A DNA stretch of 64,000 nucleotides from Methanobacteriota archaeon (GCA_963719035.1 CAVRAO010000002.1:96001-160000), one strand, 5' to 3'. Shown: positions 39,602 through 51,721, counted from the stretch's first letter. Notes: generated from the letters alone by a model not told the origin. Translations and numbers: made by a program.

Positions 39602-40504
39602 TCAATCAAGCGCTAAAATCGATGTGATAGCTTCGGCAATCAACGAGTCAGCTCCGTTTTCCTTCACTCGTTGGGCAAATGCTTTTGAGTCTTGTTCGTA
39701 ACTTTCAATAGGCATGCGATCGGTGAGGCGCACTACACGTTGGCCATCGAGGGAGAGCACCTCGGCAACGACGTTAACAAACTTACCTGCAAGGCGCGCT
39801 AAAATGCCAAGGGGGACTAAGCACCCACCCCCTAAAGTCTCCATAATGACTCGCTCAACCATGCCTTCAATGAGGGTTTGCTTGTCATTTATTTTGACGA
39901 CGGCATCGAACTTGTCGATTTCCTGATTCGCCATAACGGCGATGATCCCTTGGTTTGGCGATGGAACGAATGGCAGGCGCTTCTTATTGATCCTGATGCC
40001 AAGACGCTCGAGTCCCGCCTCGGCGAGAATCACCGCGTCAAACTCGCTTGCCCTTAGTTTTCTCATCCGCGTGTCGATATTGCCCCGAATCTGTCTGCGG
40101 TTGTAGAGTGGATAATATCGCGCTAATTGCGCCTGTCGTCGCAAGCTCGAAGTGCCGATAGTGGCTCCTTCACGCAACGGACGCTCGTAGATCAAAACGT
40201 CATACGGGGATGCGCGTGGCATAACGGCACAAATACCGATCTCCTTTGGCCTTTTTGTTGGCACGTCCTTCATGCTATGTACAGCGATGTCGATGTCGCC
40301 CGTAAGCATTCGTTCGTCGATATCTCTTACAAAGGCGCCAATACCAGCCTCTCGGAAGGGCTTGTCGGTAAAATTATCGCCGCTCGTTTGGACGACAACG
40401 AGCTTGCTTTCCACGCCGTTCTTAGCGAGCAAGCTCTTGACCGTCTCAGCTTGAATCAATGCGAGTTTGCTGCCTCTGGTGCCAATACGCAGTATTTTGA
40501 TCAC
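39602..40504 (-). CDS. hemC: Hydroxymethylbilane synthase
   Basis: GTRGSKLAL, AVHSMKDVP, GTSSLRR, GGGC. Confidence 0.95.
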   Translation of the reverse strand: MIKILRIGTRGSKLALIQAETVKSLLAKNGVESKLVVVQTSGDNFTDKPFREAGIGAFVRDIDERMLTGDIDIAVHSMKDVPTKRPKEIGICAVMPRASPYDVLIYERPLREGATIGTSSLRRQAQLARYYPLYNRRQIRGNIDTRMRKLRASEFDAVILAEAGLERLGIRINKKRLPFVPSPNQGIIAVMANQEIDKFDAVVKINDKQTLIEGMVERVIMETLGGGCLVPLGILARLAGKFVNVVAEVLSLDGQRVVRLTDRMPIESYEQDSKAFAQRVKENGADSLIAEAITSILALD

Positions 40505-40536
40505 GCTCTATTTGTTGTTCGCTGTCGTTGTTGGGG

Positions 40537-41826
40537 CTAGTAGCCAGGGGTGTCGACGTCTAGGTTATAAAGCCGTTCAAACGCGTTAGCATACGCACGA
40601 ATGGTATACTCCAAATCCTCGTTTGAGTGTGCAAGTGAGATGAAGTTCGTCTCATATTGCGAAGGAGCCAAGAAAATGCCTTCTTCGCGCATAAAAGCAG
40701 CCAATTTCTTGTACGCGTCAACGTCGGTGGTGAGCGCGTCTTGATAGTTTCTAACCGGTTTGTCGGTAAAAAAGACCTGGAACATCGTGCCGATTCCTTG
40801 CACCGTAAAATGAATGTCGAGTTCGTCGAGGAGGTCTACTAACATCCTCCTAAGGAGGTCACCTAGGCCATTGACGCGTTTGTAGCCTTCTTCGTTGAGA
40901 ACGTTAAGCGTCGCAAGTCCTGCTGTCAGTGAAACAGGATGCCCGCTGAATGTGCCTGCGTTAAAAACCCCTCCTGATGGCGCAACGCATTCCATAATCT
41001 CCTTTTTGCCTCCGAACACCCCAATCGGAAATCCGCCGCCGACAATTTTCCCTAACGTAGTGAGATCAGGAGTGACACCGTAAAGACACTGAGCACCTCC
41101 GATGCACAGTCGGAATCCGGTAATCACCTCGTCAAATATCAGGAGCGTATCGTTCTCTTCAGTGACTCTTCTGACTTCCGTGAGGTAGTTCTTCTCTGGC
41201 AGTACGGGGCCGATGTTCCCCATCACCGGTTCTATGATAAGGCACGCGGCGCCAGCTTTTTCTAAGACGTGTGACAGGGCCTCAATGTTGTTGAACGGGA
41301 CTTGAATGGTGTTTTTTATAGCGTCGGCCGGTACCCCGAGTGAGCTCGCAGTGGAGATTGCAGCCGATCCTGGCTTGACGAGCACTGCGTCGTGGGCGCC
41401 GTGGTAGCCCCCTTCGATTTTTACGATAGTGTCTTTCCCTGTAAACCCGCGAGCAGCGCGAAGAGCGCTCATCGTGGCCTCGGTTCCTGTTGATACGAAC
41501 CGAAGCATCTCTATTGAGGAGAAATCCTTTTGAATGCGCTCTGCGAGAGTAATCTCAGCCTCAATGGGAGTTCCATAGTCCCACCCTAGTTTTAGACGCT
41601 GTGTCACCGCTTCCTGCACAGCAGGATGAGTATGGCCAAGAATGAGTGGACCGTAACCCATACAGTAATCAACGTAAAGGTTTCCGTCCACGTCCCATAT
41701 TCGCGAATCGCTTGCTCTCTGGACGTAAAACGGATAGGGCTCTATCGCGCGCACCGGGCTTGAAACTCCACCCGGCATAAGCTTCAAAGCTTTTTTATAT
41801 AGTCTCTCAGACTCGTCTGTTTGCAT
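40537..41826 (-). CDS. hemL: Glutamate-1-semialdehyde 2,1-aminomutase
   Basis: PGGVSSPVRA, FDEVITGFR, LGKIVGGG. Confidence 0.96.
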   Translation of the reverse strand: MQTDESERLYKKALKLMPGGVSSPVRAIEPYPFYVQRASDSRIWDVDGNLYVDYCMGYGPLILGHTHPAVQEAVTQRLKLGWDYGTPIEAEITLAERIQKDFSSIEMLRFVSTGTEATMSALRAARGFTGKDTIVKIEGGYHGAHDAVLVKPGSAAISTASSLGVPADAIKNTIQVPFNNIEALSHVLEKAGAACLIIEPVMGNIGPVLPEKNYLTEVRRVTEENDTLLIFDEVITGFRLCIGGAQCLYGVTPDLTTLGKIVGGGFPIGVFGGKKEIMECVAPSGGVFNAGTFSGHPVSLTAGLATLNVLNEEGYKRVNGLGDLLRRMLVDLLDELDIHFTVQGIGTMFQVFFTDKPVRNYQDALTTDVDAYKKLAAFMREEGIFLAPSQYETNFISLAHSNEDLEYTIRAYANAFERLYNLDVDTPGY

Positions 41827-41837
41827 CGCAATTTCTC

Positions 41838-42793
<956 letters not shown>

Positions 42794-44047
42794 CTAAACC
42801 TCCTGACGTTTGAATAGTTTGTGTGCTGAGCTCATTAGGTCATAATCGTCGTTAGCGGCTGCATCTCGAAGTGATGCAGTAAGCTCAAAAAGGAGTTTAT
42901 TCACGATTGAACCCGTAAGGTCATCTAAGATCTGCTCGTTCTTATTTAGATTCTCCTCACTTCGTAGACGGTTGTGCGCTTTTTCGAGCTCGCGCACCCG
43001 AAGCTCCTCTGCGTTCTGATATAAGCTCGCTATCAAGCCCATTCACGCGATCTTTCTTGTATTGCCCTTCGAGTAGGTTGAGCTCTTGGTTGATGATCGC
43101 GACCACCTTTCCGATCTCGGAACGTCGCTTCTTAAGGTTATGTTCGGTGATCTTGCGTAAATCGTCGATGTTGTGTAGGTCGACGTTATCGAGCGTGGCT
43201 ACACTCTCTTCAACGTCACGCGGATTGGCGATGTCGATGATGACTAGCGACTGGCCTTTCGCTGTTGCATTGCGTGACTTACTCGGTCACGGGTGAGTAT
43301 GTAGTGCGGCGCTGCTGGTTGCGCTTATTACTAGGTCTGCTTCACACAGGTAATCGTCTATCTTGTCAAATCTGAATCGCAGATGCCCCCAAGCCTTTTA
43401 GCTAGGGTTTGCGCGCGTCGAAAGGTCCGGTTTGAGACAAACATCGCCTTTAGCTCTCGTTCGGCGAGTGCCACCGCTACTAGCGTTCCCAGCTCGCCGG
43501 CTCCGATGCTCAGAATCGCCTTGTCCTCGAGGGAACCCATTACTCGTTCGGCGAGGTCAACTGCTGCTGAGCCAACTGACACTGAGCCGCGATTTATTTG
43601 CGTCTCCGTTCGTACACGCTTTCCGAGCTTTAATCGCCTTGGAATAATGCTAAGCCCAAGTCGGGCCCTAATGTGCCCTCTTTGCTCGCCATTTCGACCG
43701 CCTGCTTTAAGCTGGCCAAGTATCTGGTCCTCGCCTACAATCATAGAATCGAGGCCTGACGCCAGTCGCATCAAGTGCCGGAGTGATTCCCGTGACTCAT
43801 ATCGGCCAATGAGCTCTTGCGGCACAGCGGGGAAGAAGCGCCCTATAAACGAGCTAACGTCGAATTCGTTCGTTACGTTGAGGTAGAGCTCAATCCGATT
43901 GCACGTTTGCACGATGACACATTCACTAACGTCGGCGGCTGCGTGCATTGCCTTCAATGCGTCCTCCACGTTGTCAATGCGGGCGCACTCTAAGTCGTTC
44001 AGGCTTGCCCACTTGTGCGATATCGAAAGGTTGCAGATCCCATTCAC
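42794..44047 (-). CDS. hemA: Glutamyl-tRNA reductase (several frameshifts)
   Basis: QTCNRIE, SGLDSMIVGEDQILGQ, GAGELG, IDIANPRDVE in an intermediate frame, IVNKLL. Confidence 0.9.
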
Positions 44048-44709
44048 GTATGAACCCCTTGTGTCGTCGCCTGCTGCATCAATCGTTCGTTTTCCACGAT
44101 CTCAAGTGCCGCTTGTAGTCCCGCGTCGTAGCTACGCGCGAGTTCAGCCCACACACCTTGGTCGTTTATGATTATTTCAAGGATGCGCCTTCGCTCGAGT
44201 TGGCTGCCAATCTTCTTTTTTAAAATGGTGCGCAGTTTATCCTGGAGCGTTACCATAAGAGCAACGTTTTCTATGAGCTCCTCGATACGCAGTCTGAGAA
44301 ATCTAGCTGATGTGGGACTTTTGCCCATCGTCGAAATCCCGACTTGGATATCGTCTTTGTTGATAATCGACGGCACGATAACCTCGCCGATGCCGTCCAC
44401 TTGGTTAACGAGGACGTTCATCGCCTTAGCTTGATCGGCGATAAACGTGTTGAGCGTGCGATTGTTGGTTGCCGGAACGACGATAAAAGCGCCTGTAAGG
44501 TACTTCTTTACATCTTTCAAGTCGTCTACAATCGCGTCGATAAGGCCACTGTCTGCCATTTTCAATAATTCAGCTGTAAAGCTCGTGCTTACAACTGTCG
44601 TTAGCCCGTAGGTGCAAAACATCTTGGCCTTTCTCTCGCCAACGTGTCCACCGCCGAATATGACTATGTTCCTGTTTTTTAGGTCGATAAAAAGGGGTAC
44701 GTGAGCCAT
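44044..44709 (-). CDS. Precorrin-2 dehydrogenase / sirohydrochlorin ferrochelatase (SirC/CysG-N)
   Basis: PLFIDL..GGGHVGERK, VNQVD, ISTMGKSP. Confidence 0.9.
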   Translation of the reverse strand: MAHVPLFIDLKNRNIVIFGGGHVGERKAKMFCTYGLTTVVSTSFTAELLKMADSGLIDAIVDDLKDVKKYLTGAFIVVPATNNRTLNTFIADQAKAMNVLVNQVDGIGEVIVPSIINKDDIQVGISTMGKSPTSARFLRLRIEELIENVALMVTLQDKLRTILKKKIGSQLERRRILEIIINDQGVWAELARSYDAGLQAALEIVENERLMQQATTQGVHT

Positions 44710-45044
44710 AATAACGCTAATTCTAAACTAATGCTTTGCTGAATAATCGCCTCAGGGAGATGATGCAGACCTCATTACGATAGCTTGGCTGATTCAAATT
44801 GCTACGACGTCATCTTGGTATAAATGCTTACCTCCGCCGCTGAGGCGCTAATATCGTCGTTGCTTCTCTTATTGAAGCCAAAAAAGGCAAAATACGCACG
44901 ACGGCCATGTTTGACCGTCTATCCGTTCAAGCTCCTCATGCCTTTTTGCACTGCCGCAGGCAACGGCGAACCTATTTACTAGCATAAGAGGCAAAGGCGC
45001 TCTTCGATGCTTAAGCTGTCTAATTCTGTGTTTCTGCGAACGGG

Positions 45045-45743
45045 TCACAAGTCAATATCGACTTCTTTAAGCGTCCCGTCTTCAGTTTTTAAGATAGCGA
45101 TCAGCTTTATTACGTGTCCGGGTTGAAGGCCAGCTTTGCGCGCCGATTCTGCTGGGAGTACTTTGCTGATGGACTTTTTTGCGAGCCGTTTTACCATCTC
45201 GCTTGGATCAAGAAGCAGTTGCGCTAGTGGATTGAAAGCTCTGCTATCACCAATGGCGCCGAGTGCCTTCACAGCGCCATATCGTATAATTACGTCCTTA
45301 TCGGCGAGGAGCGCAATGAGGGGTTCCACGGCTCGCGTATCACCCATCTCGCCTAGGGCCTCAATCGACCAGTATCTAGCGTTTGAGTCTGGGCCTTCTA
45401 TCACCTGAAGCAACGGCATTACTGTGGGTCGACCGATTTTTACGAGCGCTTCCGCGCAATAGACGTCGATGCCCTCCGACGTTTTGCTAAAAGCTCTGAT
45501 GAGATATGGAATAGCGCGCGTTGATCCGATCTCTCCAAGCGCCCACGCGGCGTTGCGTCTTACCGACCAGTGGTCGTCGTTGAGCGCATCTATAAGGGCA
45601 TCAGTTGCGACTTCGTCTTTGAGCTCGCCGAGCATTTCAGCGACCTGCGAGCGAACATCCTCGTCAGCATCTTTGAGCGCGTTAATTAGCCCGTATGGGC
45701 TTCTCTCTGCCTTGAGCTTTACAATATCGGGTTTCGTTCGCAT
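45045..45743 (-). CDS. HEAT / PBS-lyase repeat protein
   Basis: Repeated VR..AA.ALGEIG..RA..PLI units. Confidence 0.9.
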   Translation of the reverse strand: MRTKPDIVKLKAERSPYGLINALKDADEDVRSQVAEMLGELKDEVATDALIDALNDDHWSVRRNAAWALGEIGSTRAIPYLIRAFSKTSEGIDVYCAEALVKIGRPTVMPLLQVIEGPDSNARYWSIEALGEMGDTRAVEPLIALLADKDVIIRYGAVKALGAIGDSRAFNPLAQLLLDPSEMVKRLAKKSISKVLPAESARKAGLQPGHVIKLIAILKTEDGTLKEVDIDL

Positions 45744-45775
45744 CAGTATTCACTAGCTGCGATGTGCATGCAAAG

Positions 45776-46723
45776 TTACACACTGTGAATTTTTTCAGTT
45801 GATCCACTTTGGGACAGCACCACGACGCGACTGATGGGAGATCCGGCAGCGACTGTGTACCCCGTTCGTTCGCCAACGTCTCGTGCAAATGACATTACGC
45901 CTTCGTATGACATCATTGCGGCCCGTGACAGTCGTTTTCTGGAAAAACCGAGGTGCATATACGACTTGACTTCAACATAGTCAGGTTCAGCCAGTTCGAT
46001 GAGCTTTGCGTAGCTCGCCTCTCCAAAAGCGTTCACCTCGTTTACAAGCGTAATGCGCAGGGCGGTGCGTGAGGGATGATCGGCGAGTACGTGCAACGAT
46101 TCGAGCAGCTGTCCAAACTTATGCGTTCGTGGCTTGCATATCGAGTAGAAGTGCTCTTCATCAGGGCTGTTCAGCGAGACGTACAGCTGGGTCGGACGGA
46201 CCTGTTCGAGCACTTCGGGATGACTCCCGTTTGACACGACGAAGGTCGTCATATGTTTGTGATGGTAGCGTTCGATGAGCTCGTCGAGGTATGGGTAGAG
46301 CGTTGGTTCGCCGCTGAGCGAAATGGCTACTTGGCTTGGATCGTAAGCCTCCTGTAGCTTTTGCATGTTGGTAGTCGAGGCGCCCTTATAGCCGGAAATA
46401 AGCATTCTCTGCGCCGCTATCGAGCCATCGACGAGTTCCTGCGGCTCGTCAAACCCGAACCTCTCTGTCGTGTCCAGATCTGTAGCTCTCCAGCAGTGCA
46501 GGCACTGTTGATTACAGTGCAGTGTGGGGGTCATTTGGATACAGCGGTGAGCGTGAATGCCGTAAAATTGCTCCTTGTAGCACACGCCCTCATTACGCAA
46601 GGACTTCTTGAGCCACAGACACGGCTTGACAGCCCCCCCGCAGCCTATAGCGTGATAGCCTTGTTTAGTTAGGGTCTCGCGGTATGACAAGGGAACTGAC
46701 GTCTTGGGATTTCTTCGTCGCAT
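45776..46723 (-). CDS. taw1: 4-demethylwyosine synthase (radical SAM)
   Basis: VKPCLW, CYKEQFYGI..HRCIQMTP..CNQQCLHCWR, SLSGEPTLYP. Confidence 0.95.
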   Translation of the reverse strand: MRRRNPKTSVPLSYRETLTKQGYHAIGCGGAVKPCLWLKKSLRNEGVCYKEQFYGIHAHRCIQMTPTLHCNQQCLHCWRATDLDTTERFGFDEPQELVDGSIAAQRMLISGYKGASTTNMQKLQEAYDPSQVAISLSGEPTLYPYLDELIERYHHKHMTTFVVSNGSHPEVLEQVRPTQLYVSLNSPDEEHFYSICKPRTHKFGQLLESLHVLADHPSRTALRITLVNEVNAFGEASYAKLIELAEPDYVEVKSYMHLGFSRKRLSRAAMMSYEGVMSFARDVGERTGYTVAAGSPISRVVVLSQSGSTEKIHSV

Positions 46724-46743
46724 GAATGGGTCTCTTTATACCT

Positions 46744-48414
46744 TCACATCGAATCGACTGGTTCAATCCCGAGACAGTTTAGCACGTTTCGCAAAACAAT
46801 CCGTGCGCTCGTCACGAGGGCTAATCGAGCGCGGCTCATCTCGGGTTCAGCAGAGAGCACGGGCATAAATCGATAAAATTGGTTAAATGCCTCTGCAAGC
46901 TCGCGTGCATATGAAGTAAGCATGCTCACACTCAAATTCCTCGTGATATCTTCGATTACTGCGGGAAACTGCGCACACAGTTTAATGACCTTGATCTCGG
47001 ATTCGTCTGTGAGCAGACTCGGGTCGTACTTGTGATCAAACGTAGTCTTTACGAGAATATTACTTGCGCGGGCGTGCGCGTATTGCAAAAATGGCCCCCC
47101 TTGTCGCTCGAAATCAAGGGCTTCGGACCAGTTAAAGACCATAGGTTTATCAGCGGATACCCTGAGCAAGTCATAGCGCGTCGCGCCGATGCCTACGGCT
47201 TGCGCGATCGCGCGTTTCTCTTCTTCGGATAACGTTGGGCGCCGCTTATCGACCTCTTCATACGCTTTCTCTGTTACCTTCTCTAGTACCTCATCTGCGC
47301 TCACGAAGTGACCTCGGCGCGTGCTCATTGAGCCCTCTGGAAGGGAGACAAACTCAAAAAACACAACTTCAGGAGCGCTAATGTTGAGAAGCTCGAGCGC
47401 TTTTCCCACTTGGAGCGCGGTTAGCTTGTGGTCCGCCCCGAGCACGTCGATCATGCGGTTGCATCGTCCTGCCTTCCAGACGTGGTAGGCGATGTCGCGA
47501 GTCGCGTACACCGACGTGCCATCCGAGCGCCGAACGACGAGATCTTTGCCGATGCCAAACGACGAAAGATCGATGTGCATTGATCCGTCACTCTCGGTTA
47601 CACCATAGCTTCGGAGTTCTTCGATGATGCCGTGCAAGTCGTCAAGGAATTCACTCTCCCAGACGAAACGGTCGTGCGAGACGTGAAGGTTTGCAAGTGT
47701 CTGGTTGATGCCTCGCAGACAGAATTCGACTGCGTCTTCGAACAGACAAGCAACATCTTGATCGCCGCCTTCAAAGCGCTGCATGAGCTCCCTTATGTCG
47801 TTGAGCTTCGTAGGGTGGAGTTCTATGTCAGCGTTCGCCTTGATGTAGACATCGGCCGTAGCGTGATCCGATTTTCTCTTGCCATTGAGCTCAAAGTGCA
47901 TAAGGCCCCAGACGACAAGCGCGATCTGTCGGCCCATGTTATTGACATAATACTGAGTCTCGACGCGGTATCCGGCCTGCTTTAGACAACGCGTGAGCGC
48001 ATCGCCGATGACCGAGTTTCGCACGTGGCCGATGTGAAGGGGCCCGTTTGGATTCGCAGAGGTGTGTTCGAGAATCACGATGCTGTCACTGTTGATTCGC
48101 CCGTAGTTCTGATCCTCCTCCAATACGGTGCTGAGCGCGCGATGCAGGTAGTCGGTACTCACAAAGAAATTCACATAGGGTCCTGCAGCCTCAGCTCGCG
48201 CAACCAGAACGTCAGAACTGATGCGTTGTACGATGTTGTGTGCGATCTCGTGAGGCGGGAGCTTAAGGATGGGTGCGAGTTTAAACGTGACGATACTTGT
48301 AAGGTCGGCATAGCCGGGCTTAACGACCAATGCCAGGTCACCGCTTGGGTACTCGCACTTTTCGAGCGCTTCTGTCAGCAGCTTTTCGACGTGCTTGCGA
48401 AAGTTGAGAAACAT
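46744..48414 (-). CDS. argS: Arginine--tRNA ligase
   Basis: EHTSANPNGPLHIGH, MSTRRG, LQYAHAR. Confidence 0.96.
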   Translation of the reverse strand: MFLNFRKHVEKLLTEALEKCEYPSGDLALVVKPGYADLTSIVTFKLAPILKLPPHEIAHNIVQRISSDVLVARAEAAGPYVNFFVSTDYLHRALSTVLEEDQNYGRINSDSIVILEHTSANPNGPLHIGHVRNSVIGDALTRCLKQAGYRVETQYYVNNMGRQIALVVWGLMHFELNGKRKSDHATADVYIKANADIELHPTKLNDIRELMQRFEGGDQDVACLFEDAVEFCLRGINQTLANLHVSHDRFVWESEFLDDLHGIIEELRSYGVTESDGSMHIDLSSFGIGKDLVVRRSDGTSVYATRDIAYHVWKAGRCNRMIDVLGADHKLTALQVGKALELLNISAPEVVFFEFVSLPEGSMSTRRGHFVSADEVLEKVTEKAYEEVDKRRPTLSEEEKRAIAQAVGIGATRYDLLRVSADKPMVFNWSEALDFERQGGPFLQYAHARASNILVKTTFDHKYDPSLLTDESEIKVIKLCAQFPAVIEDITRNLSVSMLTSYARELAEAFNQFYRFMPVLSAEPEMSRARLALVTSARIVLRNVLNCLGIEPVDSM

Positions 48415-48424
48415 TACGGCTCCG

Positions 48425-49657
48425 TCAGCGCTCGTCGATCGCAAAACGCAGGATGGCTGCAATGCCGCCAAATGCTCGCATGAGCTGCTCCCCCTCGTTG
48501 AAGTCTGTTGAGATAAACTCTACCGAGGCTCCCGTGTCTCCTGCCCTGCGGATAAGCTCGTCGACAACATCTTCCTCGTGGGCGCGTTCCATTGCACCCT
48601 CACATTTAGGACACACGCCCGCCCCTTTTATCCCACGGATCGTCTCTTCGAGCGTGAACCCGCACAGCGGGCAACTGTTGGTCACACGCTTGATGCGAAG
48701 CGCCTCTGAGAGGAGTAGCGTATCGACGGCTCCTAGCTGAAGTGCTTTTCGTGCCTGTTTCTCGCCGTAGGTCGCCTTATTTGAATCGTGCACAAGCTCT
48801 TGGAGGAAGCGCCCTACTACGTTCTTTTCGCGTATCAAATCGAGTTCTTGGAGCACCTCGGCGCCGTTTTCCACGAGCTCTGAAAGGCCGAACTCGTCGG
48901 TATAGGACGCGTCAAAAGCCCCGAGAATCTTTTGCTGTAGCTCGTGATGGAGGTACTCGCCGTCGACGAACTCCTCTTTAGTTGGACTTGGACCGCCTAT
49001 GAGCACCCCTTTGAGCTCTGGATGTTGAAGAAACTCGTTGTTGGCGGCCTCACCGATACGCTTGTAGAACTCGTGGATGGCTATGAGGCGCAGCCGTTCA
49101 AAACGACGCTGCGATTGGCCGCCTTTCGTGTGTTTGCCAGGCACTCCGGACGTGAGGTGCTTGACTGGTTCGATGCGTTTGCCGTTAAGGACGCCGACCG
49201 TCGCCTCATTTCGGTCGACAACGACCAGTCCGAACACCTGTTTTTCCTTAAGCATTTCCTTGAGCGGATCAAGGTTGAATGTCGAATCACAGCGGTATTG
49301 GTAAGACTTTATCGGTTCAATGGGCTCTACGACGAGCGTTTCCATCGTTGACTTGTCACCGCCGAGTGCGATCGTTCCCGTAAAAATCACAAGCCCGTTT
49401 GACGGCGGAAAGCGATAGTACTTGAGGCGCGACGTGATCGATGAGAGCGCGCTTTGCACGTTGGTCCGTGTGCTCTTTGATTTGATGTTTGACGCCTGTC
49501 CGTACTCGTCCTTGAGCTGGCTCACTACGTCTGAGATTTGTTTGTCAGGCGGAATATATATTGTGATAAGTTCGGTCGCTTGCCCCTTCTTGCCCTCTAA
49601 GTTCTCGATGACGCGTTTAAACTCGTAGCGCTTCAATGATTCGATTGGGTTGCTCAT
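48425..49657 (-). CDS. prf1: Peptide chain release factor aRF1
   Basis: ASNIKS, YRCDS, GGQSQRRF. Confidence 0.97.
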   Translation of the reverse strand: MSNPIESLKRYEFKRVIENLEGKKGQATELITIYIPPDKQISDVVSQLKDEYGQASNIKSKSTRTNVQSALSSITSRLKYYRFPPSNGLVIFTGTIALGGDKSTMETLVVEPIEPIKSYQYRCDSTFNLDPLKEMLKEKQVFGLVVVDRNEATVGVLNGKRIEPVKHLTSGVPGKHTKGGQSQRRFERLRLIAIHEFYKRIGEAANNEFLQHPELKGVLIGGPSPTKEEFVDGEYLHHELQQKILGAFDASYTDEFGLSELVENGAEVLQELDLIREKNVVGRFLQELVHDSNKATYGEKQARKALQLGAVDTLLLSEALRIKRVTNSCPLCGFTLEETIRGIKGAGVCPKCEGAMERAHEEDVVDELIRRAGDTGASVEFISTDFNEGEQLMRAFGGIAAILRFAIDER

Positions 49658-49910
49658 ATTAGTATATCTCCGCCTTGCGACGGACAAAAAGCCAAAAAGG
49701 ACCACGGCCTTGCGGCCAGTCGCTTGACAATGAATATAGTAAGCGCTTCATTAAAAAACTTTTTAGCGCGTTTGTGGGCGAGCGGGGCGAGGTAAGCTAT
49801 ATATGGCTCGCGGGAAAGAAGTATATAATGAATACGAAGCTTTCGTGGCGTTCTTGTAAGTGGGTTTCGCGGCGGCTTCCCATCGTTGCTTGTTATAGGA
49901 GTCAATCTAT

Positions 49911-50141
49911 ATGTGTCTGGCAATTCCTGCCGAAATTGTTAAGGTCGAAGGGAACAAGGGCGTCGTCGATTACGGCGGCTTAGAACAGGAGATAAGCTTG
50001 GATCTCGTCGAGGATGTCCGTCCCGGGGACTATGTACTAATCCACGTCGGTTTCGCCATTGAGAAGCTCAGCAAAGAAGCTGCCCTCCAAACGCTAGCGA
50101 TTTTTAAGGAGTTGGAAGAGCTCGAGCAGGAAAATGCATGA
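49911..50141 (+). CDS. hypC: Hydrogenase maturation chaperone HypC
   Basis: MCLAIP..GDYVLIHVGFA. Confidence 0.96.
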   Translation: MCLAIPAEIVKVEGNKGVVDYGGLEQEISLDLVEDVRPGDYVLIHVGFAIEKLSKEAALQTLAIFKELEELEQENA

Positions 50142-50484
50142 GTTTAGTATTGCGTCCGGCATCGTCGACGTTGTGAAGGAAACGGTCGAAAGCCGGCCGG
50201 TGAAACGGCTTATCTCGGTTACCGTCGAAGTGGGGCAGCTCGCGATGGTTAACCCTGAGCAGCTCAAGTTCTCCTTTGAAGTGATCACTGAAGGCGGCCC
50301 CTTTGAGGGCGCCGAGATGAAAGTCGAAACGCTTCCAGCGGTTGCCAAGTGCAAATGCGGCTTTGAGGGCGCGTTGGGCGATGAGGATTACGTCTGTCCC
50401 AAGTGTGGCGGCTTTTACGAGCTGCTTTCTGGCAGGGACATTTGTATCAAGAATCTTGAGGTCGAACTCGAAGACGAGGGCTAG
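50134..50484 (+). CDS. hypA: Hydrogenase nickel metallochaperone HypA
   Basis: MHEFSIA, CKCG..CPKCG. Confidence 0.95.
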   Translation: MHEFSIASGIVDVVKETVESRPVKRLISVTVEVGQLAMVNPEQLKFSFEVITEGGPFEGAEMKVETLPAVAKCKCGFEGALGDEDYVCPKCGGFYELLSGRDICIKNLEVELEDEG

Positions 50485-50503
50485 ACGGTGAGGTGCCTGA
50501 ATC

Positions 50504-51541
50504 ATGCGAACTGAACGTACAACTGTCGATAAGAACGTCAGCCTGCTCCACGGCGCGGGCGGCGAAATGATGAACGCTCTGATCGCCGACGTCTTGACGA
50601 AGATCAAAAACAAGAACGCCGGCGGTATTGGCTTGGAATCGTTAGATGACGGAGCTGCCATTCCGTTAGCGCAAGGTGGATTCCTCATTCTTACTACAGA
50701 CACGCATGTCGTCAAGCCCATCTTCTTTCCCGGAGGGGACATTGGACGGCTCTCTGTTTCCGGAACGGTCAACGATCTTGCGATGATGGGCGCAGCGCCT
50801 CTTGCGCTGACGAGTGCGATCGTTATGGAGGATGGGTTCGCAATCAGTGATTTACGCAAGATCGTGGCGTCAATGGACGAGGCGACCCAGGAGGTCGACA
50901 CGGCGATCGTGACGGGTGACACGAAGGTGGTGGAAAAGGGAGCACTCGATGGGATCATTATTAACACTGCAGGGATCGGCTTTGTTGAAAGTCCGGTGCG
51001 AGATTGTGGACTTGTGCCAGGTAACAAACTCATCGTCACCGGCACGATTGGTGATAATGGGATTGCTGTGCTCGCCAAGCGGGAGGACTTTCACTTTCGG
51101 ACAGAACTCCGCTCAGACGTAGCACCGATCTGGCACACTGTAAAAGCCGCTCTTGACGCGGCTGATTCGACTGCAATAACGGCTATGAAAGACCCCACGC
51201 GAGGTGGCGTCGCGAGTGCGCTTAACGACATGGCACATAAAAGCGGCGTAGAGATCCTCATTGAAGAGGAGCAGTTACCAATCAATCCTTCGATAAGGGC
51301 AGCTGCTGAGATGCTTGGCATCGATGTGCTCGAAGTGGCTAACGAGGGCAAGGCGATCATCGGCGTTGACGCAGGGAGTGCAGAAGCGGTGCTCGCTGCA
51401 CTTAAAAAGACAAAGTATGGGAAGAAAGCCGCGATTATCGGCGAAGTAAATGAAGGTCAAAGAGTTCTGATGAAGACGCAGATCGGCGGAACTCGCTTTG
51501 TTGATGCACCGCTTGGCGATCCAGTGCCCCGCGTGTGTTAA
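50504..51541 (+). CDS. hypE: Hydrogenase maturation protein HypE
   Basis: HGAGG, GTVNDL, GDTKVV, KDPTRGG, C-terminal PRVC. Confidence 0.96.
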   Translation: MRTERTTVDKNVSLLHGAGGEMMNALIADVLTKIKNKNAGGIGLESLDDGAAIPLAQGGFLILTTDTHVVKPIFFPGGDIGRLSVSGTVNDLAMMGAAPLALTSAIVMEDGFAISDLRKIVASMDEATQEVDTAIVTGDTKVVEKGALDGIIINTAGIGFVESPVRDCGLVPGNKLIVTGTIGDNGIAVLAKREDFHFRTELRSDVAPIWHTVKAALDAADSTAITAMKDPTRGGVASALNDMAHKSGVEILIEEEQLPINPSIRAAAEMLGIDVLEVANEGKAIIGVDAGSAEAVLAALKKTKYGKKAAIIGEVNEGQRVLMKTQIGGTRFVDAPLGDPVPRVC

Positions 51542-51587
51542 CTACTAACGTCTTTAAAATAGCTTCTGACGGCTTGCGCACACGCGC

Positions 51588-51696
51588 AGAAAGCTTTAAT
51601 ATCAATCCCCAGCGTAGTAAGCTGTGCTGCGTCAAGCGGCCTTTACGCTTGTGCATGCCCGGGTAGTGTAGCGGCCAATCATGGAGCCCTGTCGAG
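51588..51696 (+). repeat. attL-like copy: tRNA-Asp promoter, leader and 5' half (direct repeat of 57233-57340)
   Basis: AGAAAGCTTTAATATCAAT...GCCCGGGTAGTGTAGCGGCC.ATCATGGAGCCCTGTCGAG with few mismatches; similarity to the tRNA stops just after the anticodon loop. Confidence 0.92.
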
Positions 51697-51721
51697 AGCC
51701 CCTCCTAATTTTGAGCCCCTT

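Noticed and set aside
44745-44820. Possible C/D-box sRNA or riboswitch upstream of the hem cluster
   Set aside because: Box C and C' matches are poor, and no riboswitch consensus was recognised.
50104-51078. Long antisense ORFs (e.g. 50104..51078, 22126..22869, 12281..12910)
   Set aside because: These are shadows of well-identified genes on the opposite strand.
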